Of a DNA stretch of 64,000 bases, positions 9,519-17,976 are shown piece after piece. The notes under the pieces were generated by a model. That model searched no databases. It saw only the letters and a list, made by a program, of their open reading frames with translations, and was not told where the DNA came from. The stretch spans positions 1,280,001-1,344,000 of the forward strand of contig CAWEZH010000002.1 in NCBI GenBank assembly GCA_963813535.1, in the 5' to 3' direction. The position numbers and the translations under genes were made by a program. Each line of letters starts with the position of its first letter. Positions within the stretch are counted from its first letter, which is position 1. Origin of the DNA: an uncultured Chloroflexia bacterium. GTDB lineage: Bacteria; Chloroflexota; Limnocylindria; Limnocylindrales; CSP1-4.

Positions 9519-11579
9519 GTGACCGCTCTACCGCCGATCACCCAAGAGACGGATGACGGCCGCCGCGCGCCGACGACCGACATCCCCACGCGCGGTGACA
9601 CGCTCCTCGACAAGGACGACGTGGCGCTTGCCACGTTCCTGGCCGATGCCGGCCGGATCCTCGGATCCTCGCTCGACAGTGCGGCGACGCTGCGACAGAT
9701 CGCCGACCTGATCGTCCCCGGCGTCGCCGATTGGTGCGCCATCGACATGCTCGATGCGGAGGGTCGGCTGATCCCTCTCGCGCTCGCCCACCGCGACCCG
9801 GAACGGGTCCGTCTCGTGGAGGAGCTTCGCACGAGGTATCCAGCCGACCCGGACGCCGATGTCGGAACGTACGCGGTCGCCCGCACCGGCCAGGCCATGG
9901 TCATCCCCATCATCGACGAGGCGACGATCGCAACCTCCGCCCGCGACGACGGCCACCAGGAGTTGCTCCGTCGGTTGCAGCTCCACTCGTGGATGTGCGC
10001 TCCGATGACGGTCGCCGGGAGGGTGCTGGGCACGATCGGATTCGCCGCTGCCGAAAGTGGTCGCACGTTCGAGGCACGACATGTCGCGTTCGCAGTCGAC
10101 CTTGCAGCGCGGGCTGGTGCCGCCATCGAGAATGCCCGCGCATTCCAGACGGCCGACCGTTTCCGCCAGATCCTCGACGCGGTCGCCGAGGCCGTCTTCG
10201 TCCTCGAGCCAGCGACCGAGATCATCCAGGGCACGAATCACGGCGCCAGCGTCCTGCTCGGGCGGTCCGCCCGCGAGCTCGCCGGCCACCGCCTCTCGGA
10301 CCTTGTCGAGGAGGGCGAGGACGGCCTGTCGCGGATCATCCGCGCCGTCAGGGAGGGTCGTTCGGAGGCGCGCACGATCCCGCTCCACTTCCTGCGCGAC
10401 GGAGCGCCATCTGTGCCGGCGGAGGTCCTGCTCCAACGAGTCGACCTGCCCGGCGAGCCACCCACGACCGTCGCGATCGCCCGCGACGTCCGCGAGCGAC
10501 AGGAGGCGCAGGGCCGGCTTAGGCGACTCGCGGAGGCCGAGCACGCTCGGGCGGCGGAGCTCAACGCGGTCATCCGGGCCATGGGCGATGGCGTCATCGT
10601 GTGCGGGCCGGACGGCAAGACCATCCTCGCCAACCCGGCCGGCCAGGCCATGTTCCCGGGTGGAGCCGAGACGAGCTATGCCAGCATCCTGTCCCGGCTG
10701 CACGATCCGGACGGCGATGCTCCCCCGCTGGGCACTCGCGCCGGGCCGGTGGTCCTCCGGACTCTCGCGGAGCCGGAGCGTTGGATCGAGGTCGCGACAT
10801 ACCCCGTCGCCGACAGGACCAACGACGGCGAGCCTGGCGGCGAGACGATCCTCGTCCTCCGCGACGTGACCGAGCAGCGGCAACGAGAGGCCGTCCGAGA
10901 GACGTTCATCGGTGTGTTGTCGCACGAACTGCGAACGCCGGTCACCACGATCTTCGGCGGCGCGCGCGTCCTCGCGCGTGAGGACAGCGGCCTGGATGAG
11001 GCGACACGACGCGAGATCCTCGTCGACGTGGCCGAGGAGGCCGAGCGGCTCAAGCGACTCGTCGAAGATGTCGTCGCGCTGAACCGCTTCGGCGAGAGCG
11101 ACGGGGACCTCGGGCGAGAACCGGTCCTGCTCCAGCGCATCGTGCCGAGCGTCGTCGCCTCGGAGGAGGAGCGCTGGCCGGGCGTCTCCTTCACGCTCGA
11201 GATGGTCCCCGGCCTGCCCACCGTGGTCGCCGACCCGACGTACCTCGAGCAGGTGATCCGGAACCTGCTCGCCAACGCTGCGAAGTACGGCGGTCCCGGC
11301 GCGGCGGTGGAGGTCGTGGTCGAATACGACCGGGTCGTCGACGAGGTCGCGGTATGCGTTCGCGACGATGGGCCGGGCATCGAGTTGCAGGAGGCCGAGC
11401 GGCTCTTCGAACTGTTCTACCGCTCTCCGAATACCGCGACCGCCACGACCGGCGCCGGGATCGGCCTGTTCGTCTGTGCGCGGCTGGTCCGCGCCATGGG
11501 CGGGCGTGTCTGGGCGAGGCCGCTGCCCGCGGGTGGCGCCGAGTTCGCCTTCGCGCTCCGCGTGATGCCCGACGACTGA
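9519..11579 (+). CDS. GAF-PAS-PAS sensor histidine kinase (cytoplasmic)
   Basis: GAF (VPGVADWC), PAS segments, SHELRTP H-box, NLLANAAKY, GAGIGL; no TM. Confidence 0.92.
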   Translation: MTALPPITQETDDGRRAPTTDIPTRGDTLLDKDDVALATFLADAGRILGSSLDSAATLRQIADLIVPGVADWCAIDMLDAEGRLIPLALAHRDPERVRLVEELRTRYPADPDADVGTYAVARTGQAMVIPIIDEATIATSARDDGHQELLRRLQLHSWMCAPMTVAGRVLGTIGFAAAESGRTFEARHVAFAVDLAARAGAAIENARAFQTADRFRQILDAVAEAVFVLEPATEIIQGTNHGASVLLGRSARELAGHRLSDLVEEGEDGLSRIIRAVREGRSEARTIPLHFLRDGAPSVPAEVLLQRVDLPGEPPTTVAIARDVRERQEAQGRLRRLAEAEHARAAELNAVIRAMGDGVIVCGPDGKTILANPAGQAMFPGGAETSYASILSRLHDPDGDAPPLGTRAGPVVLRTLAEPERWIEVATYPVADRTNDGEPGGETILVLRDVTEQRQREAVRETFIGVLSHELRTPVTTIFGGARVLAREDSGLDEATRREILVDVAEEAERLKRLVEDVVALNRFGESDGDLGREPVLLQRIVPSVVASEEERWPGVSFTLEMVPGLPTVVADPTYLEQVIRNLLANAAKYGGPGAAVEVVVEYDRVVDEVAVCVRDDGPGIELQEAERLFELFYRSPNTATATTGAGIGLFVCARLVRAMGGRVWARPLPAGGAEFAFALRVMPDD

Positions 11580-11582
11580 CGC

Positions 11583-12557
11583 CTAGAGCCAGTGGCGCCA
11601 GCGGGCGACGCCGATGATCCCCACGGCGAGGCCCACCATGCCACCGATCACCAGCAGGAAGTTCGAGGGCTCGTCGAAGAACCCGAGCTTGAAGTTCATG
11701 CCCATGATCCCGGCCAGGACGACCGCGGGCAGCAGGACGGCCGACAGGAGCGTCAGCGTCCGCATCACGTCGTTCGCGCGCTGGGACACCCGACCCATGT
11801 GGATGTCGAACGTCCCGAGGAGGCGGTCGCGCAGTCCCTCGACGGAGGACATCGCGGCCTCGAGACGGTCGACCAGCCCGGGCCACGGCTTGCCGATCGC
11901 ATCGTCGATGCCGATCCTCGGCAGACCGAGCGTCGAGAAGGCGTCGCGATGGGGAGCGAGCGTCCGGCGCACCTCCCCGATCCGAAGGCGTAGCGCGACG
12001 ATGGCCGTCAGGATGTCGTCGCCGTGCCGCCCGTGGAGTGCACGCTCGTCAAGCTCGTCGATCTCTCGCTCGATCTGCTCCACCAAGAGGAAATAGCCGA
12101 CAAGCACTTCGTCCACGAGGGCCGACACCAGGTCGCCCGCAGCGAGGTGGCCGAGGGCGGTCTCGCCGTCGAGGCCGTCGCGGAAGCGCTTGAGGGCCTC
12201 GACGTGCCCCTCGTGGACGGTCACCACCACGTCCTTCCCGGCCAGCAGGTCGATCTCGCGACGGACCAGTCGACCGGGATCCTTCTCGTCAGGCTCCATG
12301 GCCTGGAGCGTGATGTGGAGCAGGTCGGCGGTCCGGGTCAGGCGCGCGCGCCCTTCATCCGTGGTCAGTCGCTCCATGTCCGCTTCGCGCAGGCCGAGCA
12401 ACTCGACCGTATCCACGAGCTCCCTTTCCTCCTCGCGGCTGTCGATGTCGACCCACAGCAGCCGTTTCGGGCCGAGCGAGCGGACGATCTCTTCGGTCAG
12501 CTCGACCCGGCGATCGCGTGCATCCGCGTCGAAAAGGCGGGCGCTGACGCTGCTCAG
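11583..12557 (-). CDS. corA: CorA-family divalent cation transporter (probable CTG start)
   Basis: GMN motif with two C-terminal TMs; the frame stays open upstream through LLWVDID to a CTG overlapping the upstream TGA. Confidence 0.8.
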   Translation of the reverse strand: MSSVSARLFDADARDRRVELTEEIVRSLGPKRLLWVDIDSREEERELVDTVELLGLREADMERLTTDEGRARLTRTADLLHITLQAMEPDEKDPGRLVRREIDLLAGKDVVVTVHEGHVEALKRFRDGLDGETALGHLAAGDLVSALVDEVLVGYFLLVEQIEREIDELDERALHGRHGDDILTAIVALRLRIGEVRRTLAPHRDAFSTLGLPRIGIDDAIGKPWPGLVDRLEAAMSSVEGLRDRLLGTFDIHMGRVSQRANDVMRTLTLLSAVLLPAVVLAGIMGMNFKLGFFDEPSNFLLVIGGMVGLAVGIIGVARWRHWL

Positions 12558-12691
12558 CGTACGAAGCTCAGCAGGCCGGCAGCGACGACGGCGACGACGG
12601 CGACCAGGTACTGCAGCGCGAGCATCGTCCGGTCATGGGGTGGATCGACGTCCCATGAGCCGGTCGGCGTGGCGGCGGGATCGAACAGCAT
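12554..12691 (-). CDS. 45-aa small membrane protein
   Basis: GAGGG RBS; MLFDP..MLALQYLVAVVAVVAAGLLSFVR; stop overlaps the corA start. Confidence 0.6.
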   Translation of the reverse strand: MLFDPAATPTGSWDVDPPHDRTMLALQYLVAVVAVVAAGLLSFVR

Positions 12692-12854
12692 CGATGTAGG
12701 GCCCTCATGCGTCCGTGGTCGACGGCATCGTGCTGGTCGCCGCCATGCGACGAGGGCAGTTAGCGGAGCGTAGCGCATCGCGTCCGCATGACAACGCCGC
12801 AGTCGTGGCGCGTGCGGGCACCACCCCGCCGCTTCGTGTCCGCATCACTCGGAA

Positions 12855-12920
12855 TGCGAGCAGCCTGCAACGTCACTCGGCATCGCGCTGGCATCCCCGA
12901 CGCGTGCTTCCCCGTACGGT
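12855..12920 (+). promoter_or_regulatory. Direct-repeat operator + 44 nt + -10 element
   Basis: TGCGA-GCAGCC-TGCAA-N44-TACGGT. Confidence 0.7.
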
Positions 12921-12993
12921 CGGAACGGCCCACGGATGGCCGACCGGTGACGGCCTCATATCGGTCGCGCCTGGAACCCCAGGAGGTATACCC

Positions 12994-13155
12994 ATGCTTA
13001 AGCGACTTCTTCTTTTGGTGGCCCTAGGGGCTGCCCTCGCGGCCTGCTCGCCGTCCGGTAGCGCGAGCTCGCCGGGAACGGAGACCATCGCGCCGGTCGA
13101 GTCCGGCGTGCCGTCGGCCAGCGAGATGCCGAGCGAGTCCGCCTCGCCGTCCTGA
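12994..13155 (+). CDS. 53-aa small lipoprotein with Ser/Pro-rich tail
   Basis: AGGAGG RBS; MLKRLLLLVALGAALAAC lipobox; followed by a hairpin. Confidence 0.8.
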   Translation: MLKRLLLLVALGAALAACSPSGSASSPGTETIAPVESGVPSASEMPSESASPS

Positions 13156-13170
13156 TCGACCACAGCTACC

Positions 13171-13201
13171 GACGCCGGGCCCCGCAGTGGGGTCCGGCGT
13201 C
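13171..13201 (+). terminator. Intrinsic terminator-like hairpin
   Basis: GACGCCGGGCCCC / GGGGTCCGGCGTC stem. Confidence 0.7.
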
Positions 13202-13241
13202 TTCGTGTCCGGATCCCCGCGACCACGAAGTCACGCGGCGG

Positions 13242-13307
13242 ATTCATGCCGTTGTTACGCGCCGGCCCCCGTCCGTTGTCCGAAGACTTCGTGACGACGA
13301 CGACAGT
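13242..13307 (+). promoter_or_regulatory. Direct-repeat operator + 44 nt + -10 element
   Basis: ATTCA-TGCCGT-TGTTA-N44-GACAGT. Confidence 0.55.
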
Positions 13308-13378
13308 GGCGCCGAACCCCGAACGGGTCATAACCCCAGCAAGCGGGTGAGACGCCCGCAAGGGGAAGGAGGTAGATC

Positions 13379-13660
13379 GTGAGCATCATCGCGTGGATCG
13401 TGCTCGGTGCAATCGCCGGGTACTTGGCCGGTTTTCTCGTCAAGGGTGACGAGGGGCTTGGGATCATCGGGCACATCGTGCTCGGGATCGTCGGCGCGCT
13501 CATCGGCGGGTTCGTCGCCGGGGCACTGTTCAACAGCGATCCCATCAACGGGGCGCTCGACATCAGCTCCATCGTCGTCGCGACGATCGGTGCCGTCGCC
13601 ACGGTCGTGGTCGTGAGTGCCGTGATGGGCCGGAGCCGCGTGGGTCGCGGGCCCATCTGA
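13379..13660 (+). CDS. GlsB/YeaQ/YmgE family stress-response membrane protein
   Basis: IIAWIVLGAIAGYLA..IVLGIVGALIGG; AAGGAGGT RBS. Confidence 0.92.
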   Translation: MSIIAWIVLGAIAGYLAGFLVKGDEGLGIIGHIVLGIVGALIGGFVAGALFNSDPINGALDISSIVVATIGAVATVVVVSAVMGRSRVGRGPI

Positions 13661-13696
13661 GCCCCCAGTCCGGGCCACCGCCCGGACGCCTGAATG

Positions 13697-13726
13697 ACGG
13701 AGCCCACCTCGCCAGGTGGGCTCCGT
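13697..13726 (+). terminator. Hairpin (terminator-like)
   Basis: ACGGAGCCCACCT-cgcc-AGGTGGGCTCCGT followed by TGCTTT. Confidence 0.65.
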
Positions 13727-13762
13727 TGCTTTCACCATCAACGCACAGGAAGGAATCACCAG

Positions 13763-14239
13763 ATGTCGAGGATCGTCGAATCCATCGATGTGGACGTCCC
13801 CGTCCGCATGTCGTACGCCCAGTGGACGCAGTTCGAGGAGTTCCCGCGCTTCATGGAGGGCGTGAAGGAGGTCCGCCAGGTCGACGACACGACGATCGAG
13901 TGGACTGCTGAGATCAAGAGCATCGAACGATCGTGGAAGGCTGAGATCACCGAGCAGGAGCCGGACACCGTCATCGCATGGCGCTCCACGAGCGGCGCCA
14001 CGAACGACGGGCGAGTCACGTTCGAGCCGCTGGGCGAGAACCGGACGAGAGTCACCCTGCAGCTCGACGTCGAGCCCGATGATCCGATCGAGAAGGCCGG
14101 GGACGCGCTGGGCTTCGTCGAGCGCCAGGTGGAGGGAGATCTGCGCCGGTTCAAGGAGTTCATCGAAGCGCGAGGAACGCCGACCGGCGGCTGGCGGGGC
14201 GAGGTCGGGGGCGGCCAGAAGGTTGGGAGCAGCCGCTGA
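13763..14239 (+). CDS. SRPBCC / polyketide cyclase-dehydrase family protein
   Basis: SIDVDVPV..YAQWTQFEEFPRFMEGV..DLRRFKEFIE..GGWRGEV. Confidence 0.92.
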   Translation: MSRIVESIDVDVPVRMSYAQWTQFEEFPRFMEGVKEVRQVDDTTIEWTAEIKSIERSWKAEITEQEPDTVIAWRSTSGATNDGRVTFEPLGENRTRVTLQLDVEPDDPIEKAGDALGFVERQVEGDLRRFKEFIEARGTPTGGWRGEVGGGQKVGSSR

Positions 14240-14371
14240 GCCGCGAGGCCCATGCAAGGGCCAGCAGGCCGAGTGCACGGACGACCGTGACGTGAATGGG
14301 CCCACGCTGCTCATGTGGCTCCTGTACCACTGGGGGTCCGGGAGCCACATCTACGCTATGAGGACGACCCG

Positions 14372-14674
14372 ATGATGGACGCACCCGCCATCGAGCAGAC
14401 ACCAGGGACGCACCGCGCGCTCTTCGCGTGGTTCTCGAGTCCGCGCGTCGCGGTCCGGACCGCCGTCCGCCTCGGCGAGACGGTGCCTGGGGCCCGTGTC
14501 TGCATCCGACCGTCCGAGGATCACGGAGCTGAAGGGCCGGTCGTAGCGCTGAGCGCCCAGATCCCGTGGTCGTTGTCGACCATGGTGACCCGCCAGCTCA
14601 GCGGTCTCGGCGTCGCCGTCCTGTGGGATGCCGACGACATCGTTGACGAGCCGACTCTCCGAGCGGCCGTATGA
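14372..14674 (+). CDS. Hypothetical protein
   Basis: GAGGA RBS and plausible composition; no recognised family. Confidence 0.5.
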   Translation: MMDAPAIEQTPGTHRALFAWFSSPRVAVRTAVRLGETVPGARVCIRPSEDHGAEGPVVALSAQIPWSLSTMVTRQLSGLGVAVLWDADDIVDEPTLRAAV

Positions 14675-14680
14675 CCGCCT

Positions 14681-14746
14681 TGTCATGCGTCTGTAATGTC
14701 GCGAGCCTGCGACATGGCGGCAACGGGACACGCGCTGGCCTACGGT
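14681..14746 (+). promoter_or_regulatory. Direct-repeat operator + 44 nt + -10 element (candidate sRNA promoter)
   Basis: TGTCA-TGCGTC-TGTAA-N44-TACGGT. Confidence 0.72.
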
Positions 14747-14752
14747 CAGCCG

Positions 14753-14851
14753 AACAGAAAGATCACCACAAGGCGGGCGCTTGTGACGGGGCGCACCTCC
14801 TTTAGCACGGACGGTTCGGGTCCCCTCCCCGGGCCGTCCGTCGCCTTTTCT
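14753..14851 (+). ncRNA. Candidate small RNA with anti-Shine-Dalgarno seed
   Basis: Begins 6 nt below TACGGT; hairpin CACAAG/CTTGTG; unpaired CACCTCCTTT at 14794-14803; 14-bp stem with TCCCCTC loop and a T tract. Confidence 0.55.
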
Positions 14852-14885
14852 GCGTCAGATACCAGCACACACGAGAGGTCATGAC

Positions 14886-15239
14886 ATGAGCGCGACGACA
14901 TCCGGCCGCGGGAACTCCGCGGCGACAGACAACGATCCGAAGGAACGCCTGGCATCGACTGCCCGCCAGGCCGCCGATACGGTCGGCGGTGTGGCCGGTG
15001 AGGTCGCCGCTCGCCTGCCCGAGGCGGCCACGACGACACGGGACGCGCTCGAAGAAGCGAATCGCCGGGTCCGAGCGGGGTCTGACGAGACGCTCAAGCT
15101 CGTGGGCGCCGCGTCACTGGCATTCGCCACAGGCCTGCTCTTCGGCGGCGCCAATCGACTGCTGGTGATCGCCGCCCTCGTGCCTGCCGCGCTGGTCGGC
15201 TCGGAGTACGCCCAGCGCCAGACGTCGACCACCAAGTAG
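14886..15239 (+). CDS. Hypothetical membrane protein (helical N-terminus, C-terminal hydrophobic hairpin)
   Basis: GAGAGG RBS; two hydrophobic segments. Confidence 0.7.
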   Translation: MSATTSGRGNSAATDNDPKERLASTARQAADTVGGVAGEVAARLPEAATTTRDALEEANRRVRAGSDETLKLVGAASLAFATGLLFGGANRLLVIAALVPAALVGSEYAQRQTSTTK

Positions 15240-15267
15240 CGGTCACGTCCACGGCTTCGTCGCGCGG

Positions 15268-15333
15268 CGCAACGGCACTGATAGCAGCCGGCCGCCGCGA
15301 TGGGACATCCCGCAACACGCCCGGCCGTAAGTT
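15268..15333 (+). promoter_or_regulatory. Direct-repeat operator + 44 nt + -10 element
   Basis: CGCAA-CGGCAC-TGATA-N44-TAAGTT. Confidence 0.62.
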
Positions 15334-15379
15334 CGACCCGACCCGCGACCTGCGGGGGCGCGAAGGAGGTATCGAGCTG

Positions 15380-15583
15380 ATGGATGACGTGAAGCGCACC
15401 GCGCGTGAAGCGGAGAACGAGGCGAAGGAACAGGCTCGCCGAGCCGATGGCGATGAGAGCCTGGCCGACAAGGCCGCCAACGTTGGTGACGACGTCCGCA
15501 CAGGCCTTGGCAATGCCGGCGACAAGATCGACGAAGAGGTCGATCGCGCCAAGTTCCGCCAGGAGCACGGCGACGACGTCTGA
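15380..15583 (+). CDS. 67-aa hydrophilic CsbD/hydrophilin-like small protein
   Basis: AAGGAGGT RBS; highly charged; repeated ANVGDD/GNAGDK. Confidence 0.75.
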   Translation: MDDVKRTAREAENEAKEQARRADGDESLADKAANVGDDVRTGLGNAGDKIDEEVDRAKFRQEHGDDV

Positions 15584-15606
15584 TCGCCGACCCTGACCTC
15601 GAGATA

Positions 15607-15639
15607 GACGAAGCCCCGGCTCGCGGCCGGGGCTTCGTC
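15607..15639. terminator. Hairpin between convergent genes
   Basis: GACGAAGCCCCGGC-tcgcg-GCCGGGGCTTCGTC. Confidence 0.8.
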
Positions 15640-15661
15640 GCGTTTGACGACCGAAACCCCT

Positions 15662-16771
15662 TCACCTCGCCTTGCGTCGGCGGCTCGAACCTGCGGCCGT
15701 CCGTGCTCGCTGGCGGAGCAACCGCACGACCGCCATCTCTTCCGTCCGGTCAGCCTCGGTGGGCGGCGCCTGCTGCTGCTCGGCCGCGTCGACGAGGGCG
15801 CCACCGAGGCTCCCATCCAGATACGCATCGAGCACGGCGGGGTGGACGTAGCTGCCGCGAGCGACCGCCGGGGTGTTCCCGAGCTTCTCCGCCGTCAGCC
15901 GCATCGCCTCGACCACGTTCCGACGCGCTGCGGGCCCATGGTCCTCCGGCTGGAGGGCCCGAAGTGCGCGATAGGCGAGCAGCGTGCCGGCCCACGTTCG
16001 GAAGTCCTTGGCCGTGAAGTCGCCACCCGACGCCTCGCGCAGGTACTCGTTCACGTCGTCCGACGTGACGTCACGGAGCTCACCGTCCTCGTCCACGTAC
16101 TGGAAGAGGTCCTGCCCGGGCAGATCCTGGCAGCGGCGGACGATCGTCGCCAGGCGTCGGTCACGCAGCCCGACCTCGTGCATGGTCCCGCCCTTGCCCC
16201 GGAACCGGAAGCGCACGCTCGACCCGCGGACCTTGGCGTGTCGGTCGCGCATCGTCGTGAGGCCGAAGGATCTGTTGAGGCGTGCATATTCGTCGTTCCC
16301 GACCCGGATCAGCGTCAGTTCGAGCAGTCGGACGACAGTGGCAAGCACCTTCGCGCGCGACAGACCACGGCGAGCGAGGTCCCGCTCGCACCGACGGCGG
16401 ATGTGGGGCAACGCCTTGGCGAAGGCGATCATCCGCGCGAAGTTGTCGGTGCCGCGCTCGGCATGCCAGCGCGAGTGGTAGCGGTACTGCTTGCGCCCTC
16501 GTGCGTCGCGACCGGTCGCCTGCAGGTGCCCGTTGGGCCACGGGCAGATCCAGACGTCCGTCCACGCGGGTGGGATGACGATCGTGCGGATCCGCTCGAG
16601 GACGTCCGGATCGCGGATGGTTGCGCCGTCCGTGTCGCGGTACGTGAAGCCACGTCCGGCGCGGCGGCGGGTGAAGCCTGGGCGGCTGTCGGTCGAGTAG
16701 CGCAGGCCGCTGGCGCGTGCGACCTCACGCGGATCGGGGCGGCTGGCTGCAGTCGTCGGTGCGTCGGTCAT
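15662..16771 (-). CDS. DNA topoisomerase IB (bacterial, poxvirus-like)
   Basis: IPPAWTDVWIC, GRDARGRKQYRYH, IRVGNDEY, FRGKGG, FTAKDFRTW, LGNTPAVARGSYVHP. Confidence 0.95.
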   Translation of the reverse strand: MTDAPTTAASRPDPREVARASGLRYSTDSRPGFTRRRAGRGFTYRDTDGATIRDPDVLERIRTIVIPPAWTDVWICPWPNGHLQATGRDARGRKQYRYHSRWHAERGTDNFARMIAFAKALPHIRRRCERDLARRGLSRAKVLATVVRLLELTLIRVGNDEYARLNRSFGLTTMRDRHAKVRGSSVRFRFRGKGGTMHEVGLRDRRLATIVRRCQDLPGQDLFQYVDEDGELRDVTSDDVNEYLREASGGDFTAKDFRTWAGTLLAYRALRALQPEDHGPAARRNVVEAMRLTAEKLGNTPAVARGSYVHPAVLDAYLDGSLGGALVDAAEQQQAPPTEADRTEEMAVVRLLRQRARTAAGSSRRRKAR

Positions 16772-16822
16772 GACGGCCACGGTACGGGTGCCCGCCTCGC
16801 ACGGATACGGGTCGAGGGGCTT

Positions 16823-16888
16823 CGCTACATGCCTGCAATCTCGCATCCAAGCCGGGTTCGGCTTGCCGATAGGGACCATGCCGATACT
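16823..16888 (+). promoter_or_regulatory. Direct-repeat operator + 44 nt + -10 element
   Basis: CGCTA-CATGCC-TGCAA-N44-GATACT. Confidence 0.62.
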
Positions 16889-17004
16889 GGAAGTCGGTCC
16901 TGTCGCGACTCCTGCTCTGGGGGACGGTCGCGATAGGACTCCTTTCTACTCGGCGAACCGAGCCCGCAGGCGACGGTCGACCGGCCCCGCAGGAGACCCC
17001 GGTC

Positions 17005-17976
17005 ATGGACGCAGTCACCATCGACGGAGCATCGAAGCACTTCGGCGACGAGGTCGTCTTGAGCGACGTCACGATCTCCGTCCAGGAAGGTTCGATCCTC
17101 GGGATCATCGGGCCGTCCGGCGCGGGCAAGACCACACTGGTTCGCCTCATGACCGGTGCGCTCGCCCCGACCGAGGGCGAGATCCGGGTCATGGGCGAGG
17201 ACCCGCAGCACCTGAAGCGGCGCACACGCGAGCGGATCGGCTACATGCCCCAGCTGTTCGCTCTCTACCCCGACCTCACGGCCCGCGAGAACGTCGATTT
17301 CGTGGCTTCTCTGTTCGGCCTGCTGTGGTGGCGCCGCCGACGGCGGACGCGTCAGGTGCTCGAGCTGGTGGACCTGTGGGACGTGCGCAAGAGACGCGCG
17401 GGCCGACTATCGGGCGGCATGCAGCGACGCCTCGAGCTTGCCTCGGCCCTGGTGCACGACCCACAGATCCTGTTCCTCGACGAGCCGACCGCCGGGATCG
17501 ACCCGCTGCTCCGTGCCGCGATCTGGCACGAGCTGACGCGGCTCCGCGACGCCGGCCGGACCCTGCTGGTGACCACCCAATACGTCGGCGAAGCCGAGCG
17601 CTGCGACGCCGTGCTCCTCATCTCGGACGGCAGGGTCATCGCGACCGGCACGCCCGACGAACTGCGCCGGTCGGCGATCGGCGGCGACCTGGTGGAGATC
17701 GAGACATCCGAGCCGATCGACGCCAGCGCCCTCCGCAGCATCGGCGGAATCCGGCGCATCGAGCAGCGCGGGCCGAACGAGATCCGGGCGACCGTCGACG
17801 AAGCGTCCAAGGTCCTCCCGGAGATCGTCGAGGCGATCAATGCGCTCGGGATCGACGTCGATTCTGCTGCTGAGGCGCGCCCGTCCTACGATGAGGTCTT
17901 CGCCATCCTCGTCGAGCGGGCGCGGTCATCCCCGCCGGATGGCGAACGCACCGCCGGCGGCGAGCGAGCCGCCTGA
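17005..17976 (+). CDS. ABC-2 type transporter ATP-binding protein
   Basis: GPSGAGKT, LSGGM, LFLDEPT. Confidence 0.93.
   Translation: MDAVTIDGASKHFGDEVVLSDVTISVQEGSILGIIGPSGAGKTTLVRLMTGALAPTEGEIRVMGEDPQHLKRRTRERIGYMPQLFALYPDLTARENVDFVASLFGLLWWRRRRRTRQVLELVDLWDVRKRRAGRLSGGMQRRLELASALVHDPQILFLDEPTAGIDPLLRAAIWHELTRLRDAGRTLLVTTQYVGEAERCDAVLLISDGRVIATGTPDELRRSAIGGDLVEIETSEPIDASALRSIGGIRRIEQRGPNEIRATVDEASKVLPEIVEAINALGIDVDSAAEARPSYDEVFAILVERARSSPPDGERTAGGERAA

Noticed and set aside
14681-14696. Reading the 5-6-5 motif as a CRP/FNR site
   Set aside because: The half-sites are direct repeats (and triple at 26249), not the inverted TGTGA-N6-TCACA
14761-14803. GATCACC..CACCTCCTTT as a 16S rRNA 3' fragment, or as a minus-strand SD (AAAGGAGGTG)
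   Set aside because: There is no other rRNA-like sequence, and no start codon at a usable distance on the minus strand
15662-16771. Topoisomerase IB as a prophage or integrase marker
   Set aside because: No phage, att, transposase or compositional evidence; the protein matches chromosomal bacterial TopIB
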